Shown here: positions 44,873 through 53,536 of the stretch, piece by piece
Numbering within the stretch: the stretch's first letter is position 1
How the letters are laid out: the number at the start of each line of letters is the position of its first letter
Assembly: GCA_963838095.1 (NCBI GenBank)
Contig: CAWIPO010000010.1
Span: forward strand, 25,423-89,422
Source: an uncultured Thermoleophilia bacterium
Lineage (GTDB): Bacteria; Actinomycetota; Thermoleophilia; Solirubrobacterales; 70-9
Length of the DNA: 64,000 bases
Direction: 5' to 3'
Notes under the pieces: model-generated
Database searches by the model: none
Seen by the model: the letters and a program-made list of their open reading frames with translations, nothing else
What the model was told of the DNA's origin: nothing
Made by a program: the position numbers and the translations under genes

Positions 44873-46315
44873 TCAGAGTTCGATGGCTCGAGCGACGAAC
44901 TCCCGCCACTCGGCGTGGGCGGCGTCGCGCCACTCGGCGTCGCGGGTCGGCTCCACGCGCTCGCCCGCCGGAATCCGCTCCCCGATCTCCCGGGTCCCCG
45001 ACCAGATCCCCGCTCCGACGGCGGCCAGCGCCGCCGCTCCCGCCACGGTTGCGTCCACGGCGCCGCGCTGAACGGAGACTCCCGCGGCGTCGGCTTGGAG
45101 TTGGAGCAGCGTCGGGTCGCGGGTGAGGCCGCCGTCCACCCGTAGCACTTCGACCGGGACCGACTGCCGCGTGGCCTCGACGACGTCGGCCACCCGCCAC
45201 GCGATCGCCTCAAGCGCCGCCCGGGCTATGTGGGCGGGACGGGTGGCCGAGGTGAGCCCGGCGATCACGGCGCGCGCCTCGGGTCGCCACCATGGCGCCC
45301 CGACCCCGGCGAGGGCGGGGAGGACGCGGACGCCACCTGCGTCATCGACCTCGGCGGCGGAAGCCGCGAGAGCCGCTGGATCGGCGGCGAGGCCGAGATC
45401 GCGCGTCAGCCACTCGAGCAGCTCGCCGGCGGTGAAGACGCCGCCGTCGATCGCCCACTCGACCTCCCCGTTGACCCGCCAGGCGACGGTGGGGAGGAGG
45501 CCGCCGGCCGGCTCCGGGCGCTCGGAGCCCCCGTGCGCGAGCACGAAGACGCCGGTTCCGTACGTCGCCTTCACCCGGCCGGGCTCGGTGCAGCCGGCGC
45601 CGGCGAGCGCCGCCTGCTGGTCGGGGCAGCGGGCGCGGAGCGGGAGCTCGCCGGGCCACGAGTCGTGATGGAGCATGCCGAGATCGCCTGCTGTGTCGGC
45701 GATCTCCGGAAGCGCGTCCCGCGGAACGCCGAAGATCTCCAGCAGCACCGGGTCGAAGTCCGGAGCTCCTAGCTGGGTGCGCGAGGCGGTCGCCGGGTCG
45801 GTGGCAAACCCGGCCCCGAGCCGGTCGCAGAGGAACGAGTCCACGGTCCCCATTCGGGCGGTTCCGGCGGCGACCGCGGCCGCGACCTCTGCGTCGTTCT
45901 CCAGCAGCCAGGCCAGCTTCCCTGCCGAGAAGTACGGGTCGAGGGGCAATCCGCTGCGCTCGCGGATCTCCTCCGCTTGCCCTTCCGAGTCCAGTCGGTC
46001 CAGCACCTCCTGGGAGCGCTTGTCCTGCCAGGTGACGATCGGCGTCAGCGCGCGGCCGGACTCGGCATCCCAAGCAAGCACCGACTCCCCCTGATGGTCG
46101 AGCCCGCAGGCGTCGACATCGGCGCCATCCTGGAGCAGTTCCGACACGGCGTCGACGACACACGTGACAACTTCCTCGCCATCCTGCTCCACCCACCCAG
46201 GGCGGGGGTGGTGGAGGCGTTTCTCACGACGCGCTTCGGCGACCGGTCGCAGGTCGGCGTCGAACAGGACCGCCTTCACGGCCGACGTTCCTTCGTCGAT
46301 CCCGAGCAGCATCAA
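44873..46315 (-). CDS. FGGY family carbohydrate kinase (glycerol kinase-like)
   Basis: ORF 44873..46315: LLGIDEGTSAVKAVLFD...ATYGTGVFVL...RVDGGLTRD. Confidence 0.85.
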   Translation of the reverse strand: MMLLGIDEGTSAVKAVLFDADLRPVAEARREKRLHHPRPGWVEQDGEEVVTCVVDAVSELLQDGADVDACGLDHQGESVLAWDAESGRALTPIVTWQDKRSQEVLDRLDSEGQAEEIRERSGLPLDPYFSAGKLAWLLENDAEVAAAVAAGTARMGTVDSFLCDRLGAGFATDPATASRTQLGAPDFDPVLLEIFGVPRDALPEIADTAGDLGMLHHDSWPGELPLRARCPDQQAALAGAGCTEPGRVKATYGTGVFVLAHGGSERPEPAGGLLPTVAWRVNGEVEWAIDGGVFTAGELLEWLTRDLGLAADPAALAASAAEVDDAGGVRVLPALAGVGAPWWRPEARAVIAGLTSATRPAHIARAALEAIAWRVADVVEATRQSVPVEVLRVDGGLTRDPTLLQLQADAAGVSVQRGAVDATVAGAAALAAVGAGIWSGTREIGERIPAGERVEPTRDAEWRDAAHAEWREFVARAIEL

Positions 46316-46354
46316 CCCGGCAGGCTAATCGCTGGCTTCGCCAGGGGGAAGGCA

Positions 46355-46377
46355 GACGAACGGCAGCATCGAGGGAG
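46355..46377 (-). repeat. intergenic motif copy (reverse orientation): GACGAACGGCAGCATCGAGGGAG
   Basis: A solo copy in the 110-nt gap between the FAD oxidase stop and the FGGY kinase start. Confidence 0.6.
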
Positions 46378-46394
46378 CCGGCAATCCATTCTGA

Positions 46395-46429
46395 GTGAAT
46401 CTGGGCCCGGTTTCCGGGCCTGGATTCAC
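46395..46429 (+). other. 16-bp hairpin GTGAATCTGGGCCCGG-TTT-CCGGGCCTGGATTCAC
   Basis: On the plus strand there are 14 Watson-Crick pairs plus two adjacent G-U pairs. On the minus strand those two positions become A-C mismatches. The right arm covers the stop codon of the minus-strand gene 46426..47550. Confidence 0.55.
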
Positions 46430-47550
46430 GCGTGTAAGTCGGCCGTGCGGCGCCACCAGCCGGCTTCGGCCGGCGCCGGCGGGCCGGCCTCGAGCGGTGT
46501 CTCTTCGGCCAGCTCCACCCCGAGCTCGGCGACCAGCGTGCAGACGTACTCGGCGATCCCCAGGGACGCCGTCAACCCCGTGGAGCGGATCGCTGCGACG
46601 TTGATCAGCCGTGGCGCCGCCTCCGAATGCCCGATCAGGTAGTTGACCCCGCGGCCGGCGGGGCGCAGGCCCGCGTAGGCAAAGATCGGCTCGGACCCCT
46701 CAAGCGCCGGCAGCATCGCCACCACCTTGGGAACGATCTCCTCGCGCGCTTCCGGCCGCACCGACCAGTCGCGCTTGTCGGTGCCGTCGACCGCCGTCGG
46801 TCCGGCGATCACGCGCCCATCGACAGTGGGGAAGACCAGCACGCCCTTGGTGCTCTCGCTGGGAACGGGGAGCAGAATGCGATCGAGCGGATCGCCACCC
46901 GGCGGGTCGAAGACCAGGAACTCGCCCTTGCGCGGATAGATCTCGAACGAGTCGTCGCCGGCCTCCCGCGCGACTTCGTCGGCGTAAAGGCCGGCGCAGT
47001 TGACCAGCACCCGGCAGCCCACAGCGTCACCGCCGTTCGAGCGCACAGAGAAGCGCTCGCCGCTGCGATCGACGCTGGCGACGCGAAAGCGCGTGCGCAG
47101 CTCGGCCCTGTGGCGCTGCGCGGCGGCGGCGAGCCCCAGCGTGTAGGCAACAGGATCGCACACGAACTCGCCCGGCACCTCGAGCGAGCCGTCGTCCGCG
47201 AGCCGCGTCTCGATCCCGTTCGCCTCGGCGTTCCGGGCCAGTTCCGCGATCGGCTCACGCTGCGCGGGCTCGAGCGCGCGCATCACCGCGCCGCATCTGA
47301 CCGTCGGAACGCCGAGCATCTCCAGTACTCCGGCGCGCAGCTCCGCCGAGCGCAGGATCAGCTCGGTCTCGAGCTCGCCCGGCACGGAGTCGAACCCGGT
47401 GTGGACGATGCCCGAGTTGGTGCCGCTGGCTCCCAGCCCCGGCTCGGGCTCGGCTTCGAGCAGCGCAACGTCGACCCCGCGCCGCGCGAGCGCGAGCGCG
47501 CACGCCGAGCCGACCACTCCGGCTCCGGCGATCGCCACCTCGATGTCCAT
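46426..47550 (-). CDS. FAD-dependent oxidoreductase (DAO family; glycerol-3-phosphate or 2-hydroxyglutarate oxidase-like)
   Basis: ORF 46426..47550: VAIAGAGVVGSACALALARRG...GLRP. Confidence 0.8.
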   Translation of the reverse strand: MDIEVAIAGAGVVGSACALALARRGVDVALLEAEPEPGLGASGTNSGIVHTGFDSVPGELETELILRSAELRAGVLEMLGVPTVRCGAVMRALEPAQREPIAELARNAEANGIETRLADDGSLEVPGEFVCDPVAYTLGLAAAAQRHRAELRTRFRVASVDRSGERFSVRSNGGDAVGCRVLVNCAGLYADEVAREAGDDSFEIYPRKGEFLVFDPPGGDPLDRILLPVPSESTKGVLVFPTVDGRVIAGPTAVDGTDKRDWSVRPEAREEIVPKVVAMLPALEGSEPIFAYAGLRPAGRGVNYLIGHSEAAPRLINVAAIRSTGLTASLGIAEYVCTLVAELGVELAEETPLEAGPPAPAEAGWWRRTADLHA

Positions 47551-47583
47551 TAGGCGCCGCTCCTCTCCTCCACAGGTCGGACG

Positions 47584-48252
47584 CTAACCCTTGCCGGTGG
47601 ACAGGCGAGCGAGCGAGCCCACCGTCTGCGGAGCGCTGCGTTGAAGGTGGCTCGCGAGCGCGAGGAACAGCTGAGCCGTCGTCAGGGCGTCACCCTCTGC
47701 GACGTGGGGGCGGTGCACCGGCATCCCGAGCTTGCGGGCCGCGACGGAGAGAGCCACGCGTTCGGGCACGAAGTCGCCTGGCCGGCTGAGAACGTGGTGA
47801 GCGAGGACTGCGGTGTCGAGCACCGGCTCACTCACGCGAACGCCCATGTCTTTGAAGGCGGCATCGAGAAACTCACGCTCGACCCACGCCACATGCGCGA
47901 CGAGCACGCTGCCGGTCAGCGCCTCGAGAATCGAATCGAGCACCTCGGCGAGCGCCGGCGCCTCGGCGAGGTCGACCGGCCGCAGGCCGTGGATGCGAAT
48001 CGTCTCCGGCTGCGGCATCTGCTGCGGCCGGATCGTCAGGGCACGAGCCTCACGGGCGACCACGCGTCCCTCCATCACCGGGACCGACGCGAACGAGATG
48101 ATCTCGTCGCGTCTCGGGTCGAGCCCGGTCAATTCCAGGTCGACGACGGCGTAGCACGCCTCGCGCCACGGCGTGTCGGCTGTCGGCGGCTTCGCCCGGG
48201 CGTACGCCTTCGCAGCGATGGAGCGGCGCCGGCGCCGCGGGAGCAGGGTCAC
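47584..48252 (-). CDS. DEDDh 3'-5' exonuclease (DnaQ / Pol III epsilon-like)
   Basis: ORF 47584..48252. Its GTG overlaps the upstream stop (GTGA). It has VVDLELTGLD (Exo I), AHVAWVEREFL (Exo II-like) and HRPHVAEGDALTTAQLF (Exo III, H-x4-D). Confidence 0.8.
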   Translation of the reverse strand: MTLLPRRRRRSIAAKAYARAKPPTADTPWREACYAVVDLELTGLDPRRDEIISFASVPVMEGRVVAREARALTIRPQQMPQPETIRIHGLRPVDLAEAPALAEVLDSILEALTGSVLVAHVAWVEREFLDAAFKDMGVRVSEPVLDTAVLAHHVLSRPGDFVPERVALSVAARKLGMPVHRPHVAEGDALTTAQLFLALASHLQRSAPQTVGSLARLSTGKG

Positions 48253-50051
48253 GGCGGCAGCGCCAGCTCGTTGCGGAGCGAGCGCTGCACCGCGCGCACG
48301 GCGTGAAACGCCTCGCGAACGTACCCCCGCGTCACCGGATTCAGGGCATCGGGATCGATCTGGTTGTCGGGCTCGCCGCCCTCCCGCATCTGGACCACCT
48401 GGTGCTCGAGCCGCAGGCGCCAGAAGAGGTCGAACGCCTCAACCAGCATCCGCACCTTGGCCCCGTCCAGCGTGCCCGCCGTTGCCGCGTAGTCCAGACG
48501 CTCCTGTGTGGATGTGAGCCGGACACCCGCCGCGAGGCTCGCATACCGGGCGATGTCGACGATCGGGTGCAGCCCGCTCTCCTTGATGTCGAAAGCGCCC
48601 TTGCGCAATCCTCGCGGCGGGCTGTGCGCCAGGGCGAGGCGCAGCATCAACCGCAACACGCTGCGCCGGTGCCACGCGTGGCGCACCTCCTCGAGCGGGT
48701 CGCGGGCGTCCCCGATCTCGAAGACCCGCCGGGCATCGCAGAGAAGCGAGATGTAGATCAATGCCTTGTCCGGGTAGTGCTCGGCGTTCTCGATCGTGCT
48801 GCGGATGAGGCTGCGGTACGAGTCGAATGAGTCGTCAAACAGCGGTCCCGCCGCGGTGGCCCCGTGGGGGTCGGCGGCAAAGCCGATCGCGGCCAGCTCG
48901 CCGACCACCCGTCGGCCGAGCTCGCGCATGTACCGCTGAGTCTCGTCTCCCGCTCCGTCCCATACGAGTGCGGAATCGACGTCCGACGATGGCACCACCT
49001 CGCGGCGTCCGAGGCTTCCGAGCGCCAGCCAAGTCAACGGGCAAGGCACGGTCCCCAGCTCGTCAACCGTCAGCTCGATCAGCCGGCGGGTGAGGGCGTC
49101 GACGACGACGGTGATGATCGAGGCGATCCGCGCGGGCGGGACCCCGGCGTCGTGCAGGGCGATCACCTCGGGCTGCAGCCTGGCTGCCGTCCGCCGCAGC
49201 GCACCGACGTCGTGGGCGTCGGCGATCGTTTGCCGCAGCAGGAACGGCCCTCGCGCCTCGGCGGCGAGAAGGTCCCCGGTGTGGAGGATGCCGAGCACCT
49301 TGCCGTCGGGCCAGACGACCGGCACGTGGTGGATGCCCCGATCGAGCATCTCGAGCATCACCTCGGCCCCGAGCCGCGCCGGAGTGACGGTGAACACGGG
49401 CACACTCATCACTGCGGTGACGGGCGCATCCGCTGCGACGCCGGCGGCGACGACGCGATCGCGCAGGTCGCGGTCGGTGACGATCCCGAGCTCGCTGTCC
49501 GGCAGCCGGATCAGCGCTGCGCTCGCCTCGGCCTCGGCCATGCGCTGGGCCACCTCACGCGCAGTCGAGTCCGGATTGCAGATGATCGGCTGCCGGTGGA
49601 CGAGCTGAGCGACCGGCCGGGCGGCGGGGTCGAGCGCCGCTGCCGGTGCCGCCGCGTCCGGTCGTGGACGATCGAGAAGGCTGCGTGCGACGTAGCGAAG
49701 CCCCGCCGGGCGGGCCAGGAGCGGAACGACGGCGTCCGCCGGAAGCCGGTAGCAGAGGCTGTCCTCGGCGGCCCGGGTCTCGAATCCGGCCGGTAGCCCG
49801 GAGAGCATGGAGGGGTGCCCGAAGAGCTCACCCTCGCCGAGAAGGTCGAGCACACGGCCGCCGTCCACCAACTCGACGACTCCCCGGCGGACCATGCGAA
49901 CGTGCTTCATCGGTCCCTCGCCCTGGCGGAAGATGGTGGTGCCGGCTACGAAGTACTCGACCTCGGCGGACCGGGAAAGCTCCTCGAGCGCTTCATCGGC
50001 GAGGTCGTCGAACGGTGCGTGCCGGTGAAGGAACTCGGCGATGTCATGCAC
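48249..50051 (-). CDS. cNMP-binding, tandem CBS, DUF294 nucleotidyltransferase and DUF294_C signal protein
   Basis: Within ORF 48249..50204. GTG 50051 follows GGGGGAG and overlaps the upstream stop by 8 nt. It has a cNMP-binding region (FRQGEGPMKHVRMVRRGVVEL), CBS pairs, then LALGSLGRREVVPSSDVDSALV (nucleotidyltransferase G-S...D-x-D). Confidence 0.85.
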   Translation of the reverse strand: MHDIAEFLHRHAPFDDLADEALEELSRSAEVEYFVAGTTIFRQGEGPMKHVRMVRRGVVELVDGGRVLDLLGEGELFGHPSMLSGLPAGFETRAAEDSLCYRLPADAVVPLLARPAGLRYVARSLLDRPRPDAAAPAAALDPAARPVAQLVHRQPIICNPDSTAREVAQRMAEAEASAALIRLPDSELGIVTDRDLRDRVVAAGVAADAPVTAVMSVPVFTVTPARLGAEVMLEMLDRGIHHVPVVWPDGKVLGILHTGDLLAAEARGPFLLRQTIADAHDVGALRRTAARLQPEVIALHDAGVPPARIASIITVVVDALTRRLIELTVDELGTVPCPLTWLALGSLGRREVVPSSDVDSALVWDGAGDETQRYMRELGRRVVGELAAIGFAADPHGATAAGPLFDDSFDSYRSLIRSTIENAEHYPDKALIYISLLCDARRVFEIGDARDPLEEVRHAWHRRSVLRLMLRLALAHSPPRGLRKGAFDIKESGLHPIVDIARYASLAAGVRLTSTQERLDYAATAGTLDGAKVRMLVEAFDLFWRLRLEHQVVQMREGGEPDNQIDPDALNPVTRGYVREAFHAVRAVQRSLRNELALPP

Positions 50052-52512
50052 GAATCCGCTCCCCCTTCGGATCGAAGAGCGGCTCGCTCGCAACCTCCCC
50101 CTCGACCCAGCGACCGAAGATCTCCACCGCCACCGGTGTGCCGGGCTCGGCCTGCTCGGGAGGCAGGTACGCGTAGGCGATCGAACGGCCGACGGTGTAT
50201 CCATAGCCGCCGGTTGTCACACGGCCGCGGATCTCGTCGCCGATCCGCACGGGCTCGTTGCCGAGCGCGACCGAGCGCGGGTCCTCGAGCGTCAAGCAGC
50301 GCAGGCGCCGCCGCGGGCCGCGCTCCTTCGCCTCGGCCAGCGCGTCGCGGCCGATGAAGCCGCCCTCCTTGTCGAGCTTGACGCAGAAGCCAACCCCGCC
50401 CTCGTACGGCGTCTCGTCGGGCGTGATGTCGGCGCCCCACACCCGGTAGCCCTTCTCGAGCCGCATCGAGTCGATCGCCCGGTAGCCGCCGGCGACGATG
50501 CCGTGCGGGCGGCCGGACTCCCAAAGCGCCTTCCACAGCCCCAATCCGTATTCGGTCGGGCAGTAGAGCTCCCAGCCCAGCTCGCCGACGTAGGTGACCC
50601 GCAGCGCCCGCGTGGGGACGTCGCCGACCGTGGTCTCGCGCACGCTCATGTATGGGAACGCCTCGTTGCTCAGGTCCTGGGGCGTCAGCGGACCCAGCAC
50701 GTCGCGCGCCCGCGGGCCCCAGATCCCGATGCAGCTCCATTGCGCGGTCGTGTCGTGCACCTGCACCTGCATGCCCTCGGGGATCTGCTTGCGGATCCAC
50801 TCGCGGTCGTGGTTGCCGAACGCCGTGCCCGTGACGATCGAGAAGCGATCCTCGGCCAGCCGCGAGACCGTGAAGTCGCACTCGATCCCGCCGCGGCGGT
50901 TGAGCATCTGGGTGTAGGTGATGCACCCGACGTCGCGCGCGACCTCGTTGTCGCAGAGCGATTCGATGAAGCGCGCCGCGTCGGCGCCCTCGATCTCCAT
51001 CTTCGCGAACGAGGACTCGTCGAACAGCGCGACGGCCTCACGGGTGGCGGCGTGCTCGGCTCCGATCGCCGGCGACCAGTGCTGCCCCGCCCAGCCGCGC
51101 GGGCGCAGGCTCTCGTCACCCGCGGGGGCGTTGGACTCGTACCAGTTGACCCGCTCCCAGCCCGACTTCTCGCCGAAGGAGGCGGCGTGCTCGGCGTGCC
51201 ACGCGTAGGCCGCCGGCACGCGCAGCGGCCGCCCCGCGCTGCGCTCGTGGTTGGGGTAGCGGATGTCGTAGTAGGTCTCGTAGGTCTCCCGGATTCGCGC
51301 GTGGGTGTAGGAGGGCGAGCGGTACTGGGCCCCGAAGCGGCGGATGTCCATCTCCCACAGGTCCACGCTGGGCTCGCCCTCGGCGATCCACTCGGCGACG
51401 ACCTTCCCGATCCCGCCCGCGCCGGCGAGCCCGTGGGCGCAGAACCCGGCGGCGACGAAGAGGCCCCGCACCTCGGTCTCGCCGAGGCAGAACTCGTTGT
51501 CGGGTGTGAACGCCTCCGGCCCGTTGATCATCCGCGTCACCTTGATCTCGTCCATCACCGGAACCCGCCGCTTCGAGTTCTCGGTGATCTCCTCGAAGCG
51601 GTCCCAGTCGTCCTCGAGCAGGCGGCCGTTGAAGTCCGGCGGGATCCGGTCGAGTCCGCCGGTGCCGTCCGGCAGGAAGGCAGGCTTCGACTGGCGCTCG
51701 TACCCGCCCATCACCAGCCCGCCGCCCTCCTCGCGGAAGTAGATCAGCAGGTCGGGGTCACGCAGGGTCGGCATGTGCGAGTCGCCGCGCTCGCGGAACG
51801 GCTGGGTGACGAGGTACTGGTGCGACATCGGGATCACGGGTATCCGCACCCCCGCCATGCGGCCGATCTCCGCCGCGTACATCCCTGCCGCGATCACCAC
51901 AACCTCCGCCGCGACGTCGCCGCGCTCGGTCCGCACGCGCGTCACCCGCCCGTTCGCGACCTCGAGGCCCGTCACCCGGGTCGAGGTGAACACCGTGCAG
52001 CCCCCGCGCCGCGCGCCGTCGGCGAGCGCGTGGGTGAGCTGCGCTGGGTCGAGGTAGCCGTCGGTCGGCAGCCAGGCGGCGCCGAGCACGCCGTCGGTGG
52101 ACATCAGCGGGAACATCTCCCGCGCCTCGTCGGCCGAGATCATCTCCAGCGGCAGGCCGAAGGTCTTCGCCCAGCCCTCCTGGCGACGCAGCTCCTCCAT
52201 CCGCTCCTCGCTCGAGGCGAGGCGCAGCGAGCCGCACTCGACCCACCCGGGATCGAACTCCGACTCCTCGCCCAGCCGGCGGTAGAGCTCGACCGAGTAC
52301 ATCATCATCGTCGTCAGCGAGACCGAACCGCGCAGCTGGCCGACGAGCCCCGCGGAGTGGAATGTGGAGCCGGACGTGAGCTGGTCGCGCTCGAGCAGGA
52401 CCACGTCATCCCAGCCCTGCTTCGCGAGGTGATAAGCGACGGACGTGCCGCCGACGCCGCCGCCGATGATCACGCAGCGGGCGCGGTCCGGCAGCTCAAC
52501 CCTGCGCGCCAC
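50044..52512 (-). CDS. FAD-dependent oxidoreductase fused to a GcvT aminomethyltransferase domain (dimethylglycine/sarcosine dehydrogenase family)
   Basis: ORF 50044..52512, an intact 822-aa frame. It has VIIGGGVGGTSVAYHLA and a C-terminal folate-binding GcvT-like half. Confidence 0.9.
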   Translation of the reverse strand: MARRVELPDRARCVIIGGGVGGTSVAYHLAKQGWDDVVLLERDQLTSGSTFHSAGLVGQLRGSVSLTTMMMYSVELYRRLGEESEFDPGWVECGSLRLASSEERMEELRRQEGWAKTFGLPLEMISADEAREMFPLMSTDGVLGAAWLPTDGYLDPAQLTHALADGARRGGCTVFTSTRVTGLEVANGRVTRVRTERGDVAAEVVVIAAGMYAAEIGRMAGVRIPVIPMSHQYLVTQPFRERGDSHMPTLRDPDLLIYFREEGGGLVMGGYERQSKPAFLPDGTGGLDRIPPDFNGRLLEDDWDRFEEITENSKRRVPVMDEIKVTRMINGPEAFTPDNEFCLGETEVRGLFVAAGFCAHGLAGAGGIGKVVAEWIAEGEPSVDLWEMDIRRFGAQYRSPSYTHARIRETYETYYDIRYPNHERSAGRPLRVPAAYAWHAEHAASFGEKSGWERVNWYESNAPAGDESLRPRGWAGQHWSPAIGAEHAATREAVALFDESSFAKMEIEGADAARFIESLCDNEVARDVGCITYTQMLNRRGGIECDFTVSRLAEDRFSIVTGTAFGNHDREWIRKQIPEGMQVQVHDTTAQWSCIGIWGPRARDVLGPLTPQDLSNEAFPYMSVRETTVGDVPTRALRVTYVGELGWELYCPTEYGLGLWKALWESGRPHGIVAGGYRAIDSMRLEKGYRVWGADITPDETPYEGGVGFCVKLDKEGGFIGRDALAEAKERGPRRRLRCLTLEDPRSVALGNEPVRIGDEIRGRVTTGGYGYTVGRSIAYAYLPPEQAEPGTPVAVEIFGRWVEGEVASEPLFDPKGERIRA

Positions 52513-53413
52513 GCGCTTCCTCGAGCCAGCCCGGGAAGCGCGGGTCCGCGGCTGAGGAGCGCAGCCGCGCGAAGTGCTTCGCGGCGTAGTCGTGGAAGTC
52601 GAAGTCGAGCTCGGAGATGGCCGTCTGCACCACTCCCCACATCGCCTCGCGGAAGTCGGACATGTAGCGCATCAGCGACAGGGTGGCGAGGTGCCGCTCG
52701 CTCGGGGGTTCTCCCCAGTACGCCTCGAGCAGCGAAGCGCGGGCATCGTCGTCGAGCTCGTTGTTGACCGAGAAGTTGCCGAGGTCGAAGTAGCGATCGC
52801 CCATCCCCGCGTACTCCCAATCGACGATCCAGATCCGCTCGGCGTCGCGCAGGAAGTTCGCCGCCAGCAGGTCGTTGTGGCAGGGTGCCGGATCGTGCTC
52901 CGGACCGCTGAGGACGCTCTCGATCTCTCCGGCGTGCGCCAGCGCCTCTTCGTAGTCGGCCGGAACTTCCGCTCCGTGCTCGGAGGCCGTTGCGGCGTAG
53001 GTCTCGACGACGCGGAAGGAGTCGAACTGCGTCGGCAGGACGGTGCCCGAGTCGTGCATCTTGCGCAGCGACGCGGCGACTTCAGCCATCGCCTGCGGCT
53101 CGCGCAGCTCTTCGGGGCCCATTTCGCTCGCCTCGACGAAAAGCGTCACCAGCGCCTGAGGCTCGTCGAGCTGCGCGGCGACCCGTGGGGCGATCTCCAG
53201 CCCCGCCGCGAACTCGTTCGCCTCGCGCTCGGCTGAGCGGTCGATTTCGAGCAGAGAGGTGTCCTTGCCGGGCACGCGGATCACGTACTCGACGCCGCCC
53301 AGCCGTGCACGAAAGTTGTGGTTCGTTATCCCGCCGCCGAGGGGCTGGGGCGTGCCTTCCGCTGCGCCCAAAAGCTGGACAAGCTTTTCGACGATTTGTA
53401 CAAGTTCATCCAT
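52496..53413 (-). CDS. choline/ethanolamine kinase family phosphotransferase
   Basis: Within ORF 52496..53452. ATG 53413 gives MDELVQIVEKL. It has the Brenner motif CHNDLLAANFL and the choline-kinase motif IVDWEYAGMGDRYFDLGN. It overlaps the downstream gene by 17 nt. Confidence 0.8.
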   Translation of the reverse strand: MDELVQIVEKLVQLLGAAEGTPQPLGGGITNHNFRARLGGVEYVIRVPGKDTSLLEIDRSAEREANEFAAGLEIAPRVAAQLDEPQALVTLFVEASEMGPEELREPQAMAEVAASLRKMHDSGTVLPTQFDSFRVVETYAATASEHGAEVPADYEEALAHAGEIESVLSGPEHDPAPCHNDLLAANFLRDAERIWIVDWEYAGMGDRYFDLGNFSVNNELDDDARASLLEAYWGEPPSERHLATLSLMRYMSDFREAMWGVVQTAISELDFDFHDYAAKHFARLRSSAADPRFPGWLEEARGAQG

Positions 53414-53536
53414 CTGCCCTTGACTCCAGTCCGTCCGTGGCAATAGGCTCAAGCGGTTCTACAGGGCTCATAGCCGTCCATAGCTGTCCCGGACACTTTT
53501 ACCTGAACGGCGCAGCTAAGAGGAGAGAGGTGAAGC

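Noticed and set aside
50041-52767. 908-aa plus-strand ORF antisense to the dimethylglycine-dehydrogenase-like gene
   Set aside because: It has low-complexity Arg/Ala/Pro/Leu composition and no motifs. The opposite strand encodes an intact 822-aa enzyme.
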